Shown piece by piece: positions 26,600 to 37,692 of a stretch of DNA of 64,000 nt; position 1 is the stretch's first letter, and every line of letters begins with the position of its first letter. The DNA comes from Gordius albopunctatus. Taxonomy: Eukaryota. Below the pieces are notes generated by a model that was given only the letters and a program-made list of their open reading frames with translations, ran no database searches and was not told the origin of the DNA. Both the position numbers and the translations under genes were made by a program. The stretch covers positions 372,001 to 436,000 of the forward strand of contig OZ193910.1 of the NCBI GenBank assembly GCA_964276515.1, in the 5' to 3' direction.

Positions 26600-27161
26600 G
26601 TTGTCCTAAGAGGTCTTGTGAGAATCTTATTCTTACTCCTCCTCCGAAGATGCCCATGCAATAATATTATATTTTTTCTTTTTATAAGACGACTTGCCGT
26701 ACTGAAGGTGCGTTCATTCATGGCGGTGACGGTTGGAATCGACAAAAATAAGAGCCAATTATGTTAAATTTGATAGCACAGGTTAAGGTTCATTTCACCA
26801 TAAAATCACTTTTAATGAATATTCTATAATTTTAAATTTAATCCGATATGGGTGTCAATTTCGTTAAGGTCTTTAATCTTTTATCTGTTTTATTATGCGG
26901 AAAATATAAAAAAATTAAAATTTCCTTTCCTATTCCTTTTATGATGTTAAAATCCTAGATTTTTGTTCAAATAAATATTTATCTTTAAGCTGCTATAAAG
27001 TGCATTCATTTGTTCCTATATTTAAAATTTTCAAAGTCAAGCAAATATAAATTATTTTAATTATCTAGGCCCAAGCCCGGCCCGCATTTATACTGCTTTC
27101 CCGCCATGGCCTGCGGGTAGGGCTTGGACCTGCAATTTGGTTCGGCCCGTGCAGGTCTTTA
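26600..27161 (-). mobile_element. Degenerate hAT remnant
   Basis: Minus strand encodes LSIPTVTAMNERTFSTASR (hAT dimerisation motif); terminus TAAAGACCTGCACGGGCC resembles the TIR at 55000. Confidence 0.55.
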
Positions 27162-27414
27162 ATATAGGGTAAACATGGTAATTAGTTTGATAAATATCGA
27201 ACGGTGACAAATGGGACCACAACTTTAACTTTTTTTAGTTAAATTTTTACTAGTTATATTCGTTAAAGAATTTAATTTTTTATAACTTATATGGAGCAGA
27301 TGTAAACGGTCTAAGCCAGCCGCTGGTTTAATTAGTCATTTTGACCTCCTTTAGATTCAAACTAGCGCTTGCTAGCCCGGAAGTTCTAAATGCAGTCCTA
27401 CAATAACCTGACTT

Positions 27415-29629
27415 TATTAAATAAAAAGAATCAGGCGATTAATTGCTTTTACTGCGAGGTATGTTTATCATTAAGAATATATATAGAAAACTCTTATATT
27501 ATATAAGTAAGTGCTGCTGGAACAATAAATATTCTAATTCAAGGTAACTCTCATCGCGTTATTCTTTTTCTCTCAACCGTCTGCGTTTACCTATCAATCA
27601 TCTTTCGAGGTAAATTAACTTTAAGTTTATTAGATCAACTACCAATATTCCCCCTTAAAAAAATAAACTATTATAATTGTAGGATAAACATTTTTGTGGA
27701 GTGGTTAGTTCTTCCAAATCTAGTGTTGTTAAACAGGTAGAGTCTTCCTTCTATTCTTGTTTCGACCTACGCTGGTTTAAGCCTATCAATTAATATAGTT
27801 TCCTACTTGTTTCCTCTTATCATTTTAAAATCCGTCTCTTTCCGCTTTAATACCTTAAAAGGCCCAAAATAATCTGACGATCGATTATTACATTTGTTTT
27901 CAACGTCAATTCAAACCAAAATGTGCTATAGAATTTGATTCTAAAATTGGTAAATGATCATCTGCCTTAAAAAAAGACCACTAAATTTCTCTATTTAGTC
28001 CTATATTTAATATTAAAGATGTTTGACTTTATATATTAATATCACTCATATTTGCTGCTTGTAAATCGAATTTATTACTATAACCTTTGTTTTTGTTGTT
28101 GGAGGAATTACACTAATTTGTGCTTAGGTTTAAATTAAATATCGTCGGTCTGATATTTTTTCATAAACGTAGAAAATGCGATGACTTTTTATTTGGCCAG
28201 ATATAGCTATCATCTTTACTGGTTGGCCTGCCTTTTAAACTTAGTCCATTAAACGGTTACACACATTTATTCGCATTTGACTCAAAAGAGTTATGGTATC
28301 AACACCATGATCTAATAGGTGCTTGACAATATGTGATGCTTTCCTGGGGTTGACCCATTTATCCTAGCCGTGAGTTCTTTGTGATTATCATTGAGGTTTG
28401 TGTTATGTATGGTATTAAGAAAATTTGATTCAACCAGAGTGATGCCGTCTGTCGTTTCCGCCAATTTGTCAAATTAAGTATCCTCGGTAATAGGTTATTA
28501 GGGGAGTGAGCTTATATGGTAATTAGTCGAGCCAAAGCTCCTTAAAAATCTTGTTTATTAAGAATATATATTCTTAATAAGCTCTCCACGTACTTTAAAA
28601 GTTGTGATACTGATAGGGTCTTATCGCCTCAACCGCTGAAAACTCCATTACTCTTGATTTTTCAGACTTACCGATCCTCTGAATAAGTGTGTGGTGTTTT
28701 CCCCGCTTACTTATTTTTATTCATCTATTTTTATAGTTCCTTTTACTCAAAAACGTTTCCCCCACACACACATATACGCATAAATTGTAATGAATCATTT
28801 TATGTTATAAATAGATCGTTATTTTTATTACCATCACCTTTAGAAATATCATGGCATCACCGTGATTGAGCAATAATTAATATCATATACCTCGCGATCA
28901 CTCGTTGATTTTTTAAATTAATAAATAAACTATTTTCTTTTTGGTGGAAAATAAAAAAGGGAAAATGTAACATTTATAGAAACAAGAAATTTTATCGCGC
29001 GCTCGCGTATACATTTTATCGCGTATAATTCCGTCGCGTCATGAAAATAAATAAATAAATAAATATTATTATTAATAGTTGGGGGATATAAAAAGTGTAT
29101 GCTTGAGTTTTTGGAATGGTTGGTCGGGCAGTTAAAGTCATCCACCTCATCCGCGACTGGTGGCTTCCAGGATTTATCCAAATGGTCCTAAGGAGATAAT
29201 TTTTTTTAGCTCGGAACACGGCTTCTGCCTAAGCCAGCCAGATTTTAACATTCTTTTGATAAAACGTGGTTATTCTCACCTGAATAGCTGTTTCTATATC
29301 ATGTTAATCGGTAAGTTCAAAAACCAATTAATAAAATTTAGATAAAATTAATTGTCATACGAGCGATAATTAATTTATAAATTTGTTCAGTTAAAAATTT
29401 AGTGTCGCTAGTTATAAAGAATTTGGTGATTAATTGAATTGCGACGTATTTCTAACAGGGAGAATATATATTAAAAACATGTATATTATAAAAGTAAGTG
29501 CTGTTAAAACAATATACAATTAAATTCAAGGTAAATCTCATACGTGATTCTTTTTCTTCCAACAGTCTAAAATTCGCTACCAATTGTCTTTCCAGGTAAA
29601 TGGATTGTAGGTTTATTAGCTCATCTACA
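27415..29629 (-). mobile_element. Old, internally deleted Gypsy element with two diverged LTRs
   Basis: Diverged direct repeats at ~27415-27643 and ~29411-29629; PPT AAGGGGGAATAT; gag-like FYQKNVKIWLA*AEAVFRAK (~29270-29200); integrase tail YFGPFKVLKR..IDRLKPA (~27870-27770). Confidence 0.75.
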
Positions 29630-30067
29630 AAAATATATTTTATATTTTAGCCTCTTGCAGCTAACCATTTTGATGTGAAATTTTTAAAATCTACGTCATA
29701 TTGCTATAGCTCTAAGCTTCTTAGCTTTAGTTTTTCAATTCCTAACCATTTTTACGATTTTTGCAAACATTTTAATGTTAAATTGTAAAAATCAACTACT
29801 CTCAATACCCGCTTAGCTATATTAATCTTATTAGTGTCTAATATGTATAAAATTTAATATTTCTATTACGTCTAATTTTGCAAAAATTTTTACTAAACTT
29901 TAAATATTTTTTTATATGTACCAGAATGCAAGGCATTGTTTAAACATATGTTTTAGGTTTGGTTATTTTTCATTGGTCAAGGTCATTATTTGGCCTTGAG
30001 TGGAATGAACAAATTACTTCACTAATCAATCATTTTCTAATCATAATACTTTTCAATTTAATGTAAA

Positions 30068-33000
30068 ATGGGTGGAACAGTCAGTGCTGGCAAAAGCAAT
30101 GACGAGTTGGTAGAAAATCTTTGCAAAGCTAATTTGATTAAAAAACCAGAAATTGAAAGAGCTTTCCGCCTAGTAGATCGAGCATATTTTTTCCCTAAAT
30201 TATATGAAGAAATCGCTTACAAGGATGTAGCTTGGAAACATTGTATATATCACATTTCTGCTCCATGTATATATGCAGAAGTTTTAAATGCCCTAGAAAT
30301 TCATCATAATCATTCTTTTTTAAATATAGGAAGTGGTAGTGGCTATCTATCTACATTAGTTGGCATTTTACTAGGTAATCAAATTATTTATTTTTAAGGG
30401 TAATTAATATAGTTCTCAATTTTTATGCTTGTTATGTTGTTTCTAGGCATTAATGGGGTTAATAATGGTATAGAAATATATCCAAAACTTGTAGAATTTT
30501 CAATGAAAAATGTTGAAACGTTTTGTAATAATATATTGAACAGACAATATTCATATGGCTCAGTAAACCACATAAAGGAAGATTCAAAATCAATTGATGT
30601 TCATCAGCACCAAAAAATAGTTACAGACATTGCAGCCAAACAGCATTATTTGCCAACATGTTATCATGGAAATACAGTAATGCAAGATTCTATAACAATA
30701 GATAATTGGGATTCAGACTTGTTAATTCACTTTTGTTACCCAAAATTCATTACAGCTGACATAATTAATGTACTCAATATGATAAATTTGACACCTAAAG
30801 AACAAGATTCAACTATGTTACTCAATTATGACAGAATATATTGTGGGGCATCTTTAACACCAGGCACTCATTGGGTTGAAAAAATGAAGCAGCTTTTAAA
30901 TATTGATGGAATTTTGGTTTTACCCCTTAATGATCAGGTAATTCAAGTTTGATATTAAAATATTATATTTGAAACTAAATTACCACAAAACTAAATATTA
31001 AATGTCTATAATGTGTTGCTCTTAAAGTATTTTATTTGTTTGAAGAATTCAATAATAGGCCAATTATTATTTTGCTCAATAATTACACTGGTCAACAAAT
31101 AATATACTTGTGAAATTAACCTGCGAACTATTTGCAGATGCTATAGAGTTTTTCACTGTGAACACAAATATGTTTTTAGTTTTTTCCCTATACGTCTAGT
31201 TTTTTAAATATTCGCTGTCAAAGTTGCCATAAAAGCGATTTTAGCGTTTTTCAAACGTCAATAATTTGCAAATTAGTCGGTAAAAATGTTGTTTAATAGA
31301 TTTAATTCGTAGATATATGGGAGAGGAACGTATTAACAATTTTTGGATCCTAGCACATTTACTTTTTAAATTCGATACAAAATTAACTATCCCTATCTTT
31401 TACATTCACAAATTAGAGCAGACTGAGGGCGCCCTCCCTTCTCTTCAACACTAGGAATTAAGTGCGTGTTGTTGTTTTGGTAATAGTAGTAGTAGAGTAG
31501 ATAAACAACAACATAAACAACAACACGCACTTAATTCCTAAAAGTGCTAGGATAAAAAAATTGTTAATACATTCCTATCCCATATATCTACGAATTAAAT
31601 CTAGACTAATTTGCAAGTTGTTTGAAAAACGCTAAAATCGGGTTTTATCAACTTTGACAGCGAATATCTAAAAAAACTTGAAGTATAGGGGAAAAACTAA
31701 AAAGATATTTGTGTTCACAGTGAAAAACTCTACCAGAATCTGCAAACAGTTTGCCGGTTAATTTTTCTTGTTGAACCGTGTTATTAATCATTTTTAAAGC
31801 AATTTATTTTTACAAAATATTAATATTATTAAATTTAAAAAACTTAGTTGATTAAAATAAGGAGAAACGGAATTTCTGATTGGTCAAATGAAACAATTAT
31901 GGCTGCATCATTTGCACCACTTTTACTTCCACAAGGGCAGGAAAATAATTGTGATTCAATAATTTTGAAAAGTGTACAAACATTTTTCTCCACAAGATTT
32001 CCACCAAAATTATATGATACTTGCAAATATGCCACAAGAAAGTTTATATGGAATTTGTTAAGATCAAGATGCACAAACCAAGTGAGTTTTATTAAGACTA
32101 TATATATTTTAAAAATTATTGCAAATTACCAAGAAAGTTTATTTTAAGATACCTTTGAATTTTATTTTTCCAAAATATAAGTTTTTGGCGTTCTCTATGC
32201 CCCGTCACTAGGAAAGTTTTTTTTAATTTTCACTCAAAATTAGTATAGAAATTGATACTCTTGTGGGGCTATTTTTAATAATTTTTGTAATGATATTAGT
32301 GTTGTAAAAAGGGCTGGGTTTTGCTTGGTCTGTTTATGTTTAGTCAACCTCTAGATTTGGTCGCAACTTGAAAAAGAGACCAGAAGCGATCGTTAGTCTT
32401 AGCTAAACATCAAGAGGCTAAAGGTTTTTTGGCCTGTGTTTACAACACTAAATCATCATATGTTATCAATACCTTAATTTATGATTGCTTTCTCAATTCT
32501 ATATGTAATATATTTGAAAAAAGTCTATTAGCCCTAAAATCTCTATTGTGGTCTGCATGCAAAAACATTTATATATATGAATTAAAATTATATGCTGCAG
32601 CAGGCTCTCAGCGAGGAGGTCTTTTTAAATTGGTAACAAACTGAAAAAAGTACCTGGCTTATCTTTAATTCTTCTAATTTCTGTGAAATAATTTTATTGT
32701 AAATCAATATTTTTATATATTTTTAACCTTCTTTTAATAAAAAACATTTGCTTTTTAAAATTTGTATTAGCTATTAAACATAGCATAACATCGATTATAA
32801 GTATTCATTGGGATAGTGAATTGCACATATTTTTAAACTACTCTTCCAAATGAATGATTTATTGCACAAACCTAAAAAAGGCTTTAATAAACTTATATTT
32901 AAAAGTTGGGAAGTATTCCTATATTGGTGGTGTTAAGTTTTTGAACATTTTAATAATGCGGTTCGATATACCCCATAAGCTTGCTTAGGATTGAGATTTT

Positions 33001-33256
33001 CATAACTCCTTTCGAGCGTTAACCTTAAAGCCCTACAACTTTACCTAACCGTTCGTTATTTAGCGCTCTTTTCTAATTTGTTTGTGTTAAAATGCAGAAC
33101 CTGGAGTCCGAGGAACACGGAATTAATGAATCAATCGATGGTTGTTCATGTAATACTTTAAGATGGTATTATACGCGAAAATATATACTCGATCAAATGA
33201 TGAATTGCCTTCCCCTTCCCAAATCAATTCGTCAAAATCTTAAGTTTTCATCTTAA
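30068..33256 (+). CDS. PCMTD1: Protein-L-isoaspartate O-methyltransferase domain-containing protein (PCMTD1/2-like), 4 exons, ~396 aa
   Basis: Exons 30068-30374, 30447-30937, 31848-32081 and 33098-33256. Motifs MGGTVSAGKSNDELVENL, FLNIGSGSGYLS, YDRIYCGA, BC-box-like PPKLYDTCKYATR and Cul-box LPLPKSIRQNL. Confidence 0.92.
31086..31780. mobile_element. Tc1/mariner-like fold-back MITE in PCMTD intron 2
   Basis: TA|CACTGGTCAACAA...TTGTTGAACCGTG termini; long inverted arms (e.g. TTCACTGTGAACACAAATAT / ATATTTGTGTTCACAGTGAA; TAGGAATTAAGTGCGTGTTGTTG / CAACAACACGCACTTAATTCCTA). Confidence 0.8.
32297..32450. mobile_element. Small hAT-type MITE in PCMTD intron 3 (relatives at ~80-272 and ~2400-2552)
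   Basis: TIR TAGTGTTGTAAA / TTTACAACACTA. Confidence 0.7.
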
Positions 33257-34578
33257 GAACAGATGATCCATTTCGCAAAAATGTTTTCCAATTACTCAAT
33301 ATACCTCCTCCTATTTATATTGTAAGCATTCCCCTGGCTCCGAAAACCTTTTTGTCACCTCAATGCTCTTTGTTTACTATTATCATCACCCAAAACAAAC
33401 ATAGACTACTCAACAATTGTATTTCCTTTACCTTATAAAACAGTCGCGATTGAACCAAATTTTTATAGATATGAAATAGCAATATTTATCCTTCAAATCT
33501 ATTTATTATTATTTACAATTACACATATAATGCGGGCATGTATTGTTCACGTCATTTATTTATATTTATATAAGTGATTGGATTCTTTTCAGAATAACGT
33601 TGCCTATTTATGTATTATTTTAAAATATTTACTTAAAACTATTTTCATTTATGACAATAATGGTTTAAATAAAGTTTAATAAATTTCCAAATTTTATTAC
33701 TGATTTACAACTGTTCTTATAAAAAAAATTAAAACGAACGCTATAGTACTTAAAGGATATATATATTGATTCGAGTGCTCCCAGTTTTTTAAAATTAGAC
33801 AATATTAGAATTCTAATTTTTTTAATCCTATCTCCGTGCCCCTTGGCATAGGAATTAGGCAATGATATATTTAATATATGAAATATTTGGTTTGAGGCTT
33901 AACAAAAAGCAGACAACAGGGGCGGGCCGGCCCTTTGGCCAAGTCGAAAGATTGAGTTTTTAATTATTTCCTTATAAATTGGGACAGTAGTCATTTAGCT
34001 AAACTCATTAAGATAATTATTTCATCATTTAATATATGCTTTGCACCTTTCTAATTTTACCTATAAAAAATATCATTTAATCTGAGATTTCTTTTTGAGA
34101 ATTATCAAATAACTACGCACTTAATCTAGTAAAAATGCTCGTTAAATAGAAAAAGAAAAATATTCATTTGCTCGGATTTTTATTAAATTGTAAAAAACTA
34201 ATATTATGTTAGAAATAAACATAAATAATAAGATTTAAAAATTAATAGGCAAATCTTTGTGAATTAGTAAGCATGTAATTATTGCAAGAAAGGAGTGTAT
34301 ATAACTATAGGTTTTTAATGTCACATTTGCAATAGAGTAATAAAATGTATTTCTAGATAACTATTATATTCATATCATTTTTTATGTACATCAAACATAA
34401 TTTGTAAATTTTTTCTAATATTATAAGATTCAATTAGCTTTATATTCAAATTTTATGACAGTAACATTCATAAAATATTTTTGGATGAGCTTTAGTTTGT
34501 CTAAAGCCTCATGTTAAATATTTACCAAATTTGGGTTTGGCAAAAAAAAATATTCTAAACTTATTCCTTAAACACATA

Positions 34579-34625
34579 TAACACTACCAACGACGGTCCC
34601 AAGTCCGTGTGAAAAAAGTGGAGGG
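34579..34625 (+). ncRNA. Twister ribozyme core (P1-less) at the RTE 5' end
   Basis: T^AACACTACCAACGACGGTCCCAAGTCCGTGTGAAAAAAGTGGAGGG; P2, P4, T1 and T2 pairings are all possible. Confidence 0.85.
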
Positions 34626-37600
34626 TTGGCGTCAGGTCGGAAGCCGGCTGTAAAAAGCAACTCCAAACACCATGGCAGCTTCAAATACGAACTTATACCA
34701 GAATGCTAGGGCGTCCTCCCCAAACGACGCGCATTGCATCATCCACCCGTGCAATGTGAAAAGTATACAAGGGTCACCGCCTCACTCACAACGTAGGCGG
34801 TTAAGGAACCTAGTTGCCGAACGGACAAGAGTGGCTAGCTGGAATGTTGGCACGCTGACGGGGAAGAGCATCGAGGTTGCGCAGATGCTAAAAAGACGAA
34901 GGATACACATAGCGTGTCTACAAGAAACACGGTGGCATGGAACAAAAGCCAGGGAGCTAGGAGATGGTTACAAGCTGTGCTACTCGGGTTCCCCATCACG
35001 GAAGAACGGGGTCGGTATAGTGCTTAGCGATTCCTTTAAGGACAAGGTAGTCGAAGTCAAACGATGCTCGGATAGATTGATGTGCATAAAGCTGGCGGAT
35101 CAAGGCGGCCTTGTCAATGTTATTTGTGCGTATTCGCCCCAGGTTGGATGTTCCGAAAACGAGAAGGACGAATTCTATGAGAAGCTCGAAGAAGAAATAC
35201 GCTACGTGAAGCCTGACGAGAATCTCATCATCGGAGCAGACTTTAATGGGCACGTTGGGAAAGAAAGGGGCGTGTACGAACGAAATCACGGCGGGCATGG
35301 CTATGGAGTGAAAAATAAAGAGGGAGAGAAGTTACTACAGATGGCGCAAGCTTACGATATGGCCATTGTGAATACCTTCTTTCAGAAACGTACCGAACAT
35401 ATAGCGACGTACAGTAGTGGAAATCACCTTACACAGGTCGACTACATATTAGTGAAGCGCATAAATTTGTGGCAAGTTAAAGATTGCAAGGTTATACCGG
35501 GGGAAGAAATCGCCAAACAACATCGGCCAGTTGTCCTCGATATAGCAAGAAAGATTTTTCCCGTAAGGAGAAAAGTCTACACACCAAGGACAAAGTGCGA
35601 AAAGCTTAAGGATGATCATGCAAATGAAATGTTTCACACTCGAGCAACTCCGCTCTTGAAGGTTGCAGGCTTGGAGGGCGACATTAACAAAAGGTGGGGC
35701 ACCGTTGCAAATGTTCTAAAGGAAACGGCCTTACAAATATTGGGACGAACTAAGGGCGGCAGAGCTCACAAGCGTGAACTATGGTGGTGGAATGACTCGG
35801 TCAAAGAGGTTATAGAAGAAAAGAAGACGTTGTACCTACGATGGTACAAAACGAAGAAAGGAGAAGACTACGAGGCATATCGTGAAGCGAAACGCAAAGC
35901 TAAGATAGCGGTCGCGATAGCGAAGAACAACGCTTACACCGAGATGGCAAACAAGCTCGATACCAAGGGCGGCGACATAGTCATGTATAAACTCGCAAAG
36001 ATCAGGGAGAAAAAAAGTCGAGATGTCGGGACACTTAAAGTCATTAAAAGCGAAGAGGGACGAACGTTGTGCAAACCGAAGGAAGTCATCAAAAGATGGA
36101 AAGATTATTTCCAAAATATGATGAACAAAACAAATGATAGAAGACCGCTAGAGAGGGTGGAACCGAACTCGAACTTGGTTTTACCATTTCAGGCTTATGA
36201 AATAGGAGCACAACTAACGAAGATGCGGAAAGGGAAAGCGCTAGGTCCCGATGATCTACCGATCGAAGCATGGCTTGGGTGCAAAGGAGAAGGAATCGAC
36301 ATAATGACAGGCCTATTTAACGCTATGCTGTATGAGAGTCGTATCCCTGACCAATGGAGGGAAAGTACGATCATACCCATATACAAAGGTAAAGGAGACA
36401 CGCAGGAATGTGGCAACTTTAGAGGTATCAAGTTGACCTGCCACTCACTAAAACTACTAGAAAGGGTGCTAGTGAAAAGGCTCAATGACGAAGTTTGTCT
36501 CTCGCCCAATCAGTTTGGATTTGTGGCCGGTAAATCAACGATGGACCCAATCTTTGCGTTGAAGCAGACGATGGAAAAATATGGCGACATAAGAAAGAAA
36601 TTACACATGGTCTTCATCGATTTAGAAAAGGCCTACGATACGGTTCCGAGAGACTTAATATGGTGGTCCCTTAGAGCCAGAAATATACCCGAAGGATATG
36701 TTCGACTTATCAAGGAAATGTATAATGGCGCGGTTGCATCTGTTAGGACTACCGTAGGAGTAACGAAACCCTTCCGAATAATGATCGGACTACATCAAGG
36801 ATCAGCGTTAAGCCCATTCTTGTTTAATCTAATTATGGATACAATAACAAAGGACTTGCACAAGCCAGCCCCTTGGACTATGCTATATGCCGACGATATT
36901 GTCCTATGCGATGAAACAAGAGAAGGGGTTTTTCATCAGGCGAAAAAATGGTCAGAACGTTTCTCGGAATTCGGGTTAAAGGTCAGCGAGAAGAAAACGG
37001 TTTACATGCAAACGATGGGCGGTAGTCCGCAAATGCACAAAATTGAAGGTCCAAGGTACACGGAGGTTGATAAGTTCACATATCTTGGCTCGCTATTACA
37101 TCAAGAGGGAGGATGTACCGCCGAAGTCCATTCTCGGATCAAGAAAGCATGGCTCAAGTGGCGCAGCATCTCCGGTGTCATGTGTGACAAAAAGATACCA
37201 ATTTGGTTGAAAAGCAAGGCGTACAAAACCATCGTGCGTCCGGTCTTGCTTTACGGGAGCGAAACATGGGCTGTAACCAGCGCGGAGGAGAAACTCTTGC
37301 AAGTCACGGAAATGAGAATGGTGCGATGGAGCTTAGGCTACACCAAGCTGGATCGCATGACGAACGAATCCTTGATGGCAAAGATGGGTATACAAGCGAC
37401 GAAGAACCTCTTAAGAGAAAATCGACTGCGGTGGTACGGCCATGTATTACGAAGAGACGAAGACGATGTCACACGCCGAACGCTGGAGATGGACGTGCCT
37501 GGAAGAAGAGGAAGGGGCAGACCACGTGCCACCTGGAAACGACTGGTCGAAAAGGATATGGACGTCAAACAGATGGAAATTGGGATGGCATTCACACGAC

Positions 37601-37664
37601 TCAGATGGAAGAGGCTGCTGAAAACGTACCCCACGTCTGTGGGATTTTCAACACGATAAAGAAG
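34581..37664 (+). mobile_element. Intact full-length RTE LINE
   Basis: Perfect 18-19 bp TSD ATTCCTTAAACACATATA(A) (34563-34580 / 37665-37682); short GAAG tail; uninterrupted ORF. Confidence 0.97.
34672..37659 (+). CDS. RTE ORF: AP endonuclease + reverse transcriptase, 995 aa
   Basis: WNVGTL, CLQETRW, GADFN, DYIL, QHRPV (APE); FIDLEKAYD, GLHQGSALSP, YADD, YLG (RT); RLRWYGH..RGRGRP. Confidence 0.97.
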   Translation: MAASNTNLYQNARASSPNDAHCIIHPCNVKSIQGSPPHSQRRRLRNLVAERTRVASWNVGTLTGKSIEVAQMLKRRRIHIACLQETRWHGTKARELGDGYKLCYSGSPSRKNGVGIVLSDSFKDKVVEVKRCSDRLMCIKLADQGGLVNVICAYSPQVGCSENEKDEFYEKLEEEIRYVKPDENLIIGADFNGHVGKERGVYERNHGGHGYGVKNKEGEKLLQMAQAYDMAIVNTFFQKRTEHIATYSSGNHLTQVDYILVKRINLWQVKDCKVIPGEEIAKQHRPVVLDIARKIFPVRRKVYTPRTKCEKLKDDHANEMFHTRATPLLKVAGLEGDINKRWGTVANVLKETALQILGRTKGGRAHKRELWWWNDSVKEVIEEKKTLYLRWYKTKKGEDYEAYREAKRKAKIAVAIAKNNAYTEMANKLDTKGGDIVMYKLAKIREKKSRDVGTLKVIKSEEGRTLCKPKEVIKRWKDYFQNMMNKTNDRRPLERVEPNSNLVLPFQAYEIGAQLTKMRKGKALGPDDLPIEAWLGCKGEGIDIMTGLFNAMLYESRIPDQWRESTIIPIYKGKGDTQECGNFRGIKLTCHSLKLLERVLVKRLNDEVCLSPNQFGFVAGKSTMDPIFALKQTMEKYGDIRKKLHMVFIDLEKAYDTVPRDLIWWSLRARNIPEGYVRLIKEMYNGAVASVRTTVGVTKPFRIMIGLHQGSALSPFLFNLIMDTITKDLHKPAPWTMLYADDIVLCDETREGVFHQAKKWSERFSEFGLKVSEKKTVYMQTMGGSPQMHKIEGPRYTEVDKFTYLGSLLHQEGGCTAEVHSRIKKAWLKWRSISGVMCDKKIPIWLKSKAYKTIVRPVLLYGSETWAVTSAEEKLLQVTEMRMVRWSLGYTKLDRMTNESLMAKMGIQATKNLLRENRLRWYGHVLRRDEDDVTRRTLEMDVPGRRGRGRPRATWKRLVEKDMDVKQMEIGMAFTRLRWKRLLKTYPTSVGFSTR

Positions 37665-37692
37665 ATTCCTTAAACACATATAAATTAAAATA

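Noticed and set aside
34705..34790. Hammerhead ribozyme in the conserved RTE hairpin region
   Set aside because: GAAA is present but there is no CTGANGA core.
34996..37679. Antisense and alternate-frame ORFs over the RTE (and over the other transposon ORFs)
   Set aside because: Shadow ORFs of GC-richer coding sequence with no motifs of their own.
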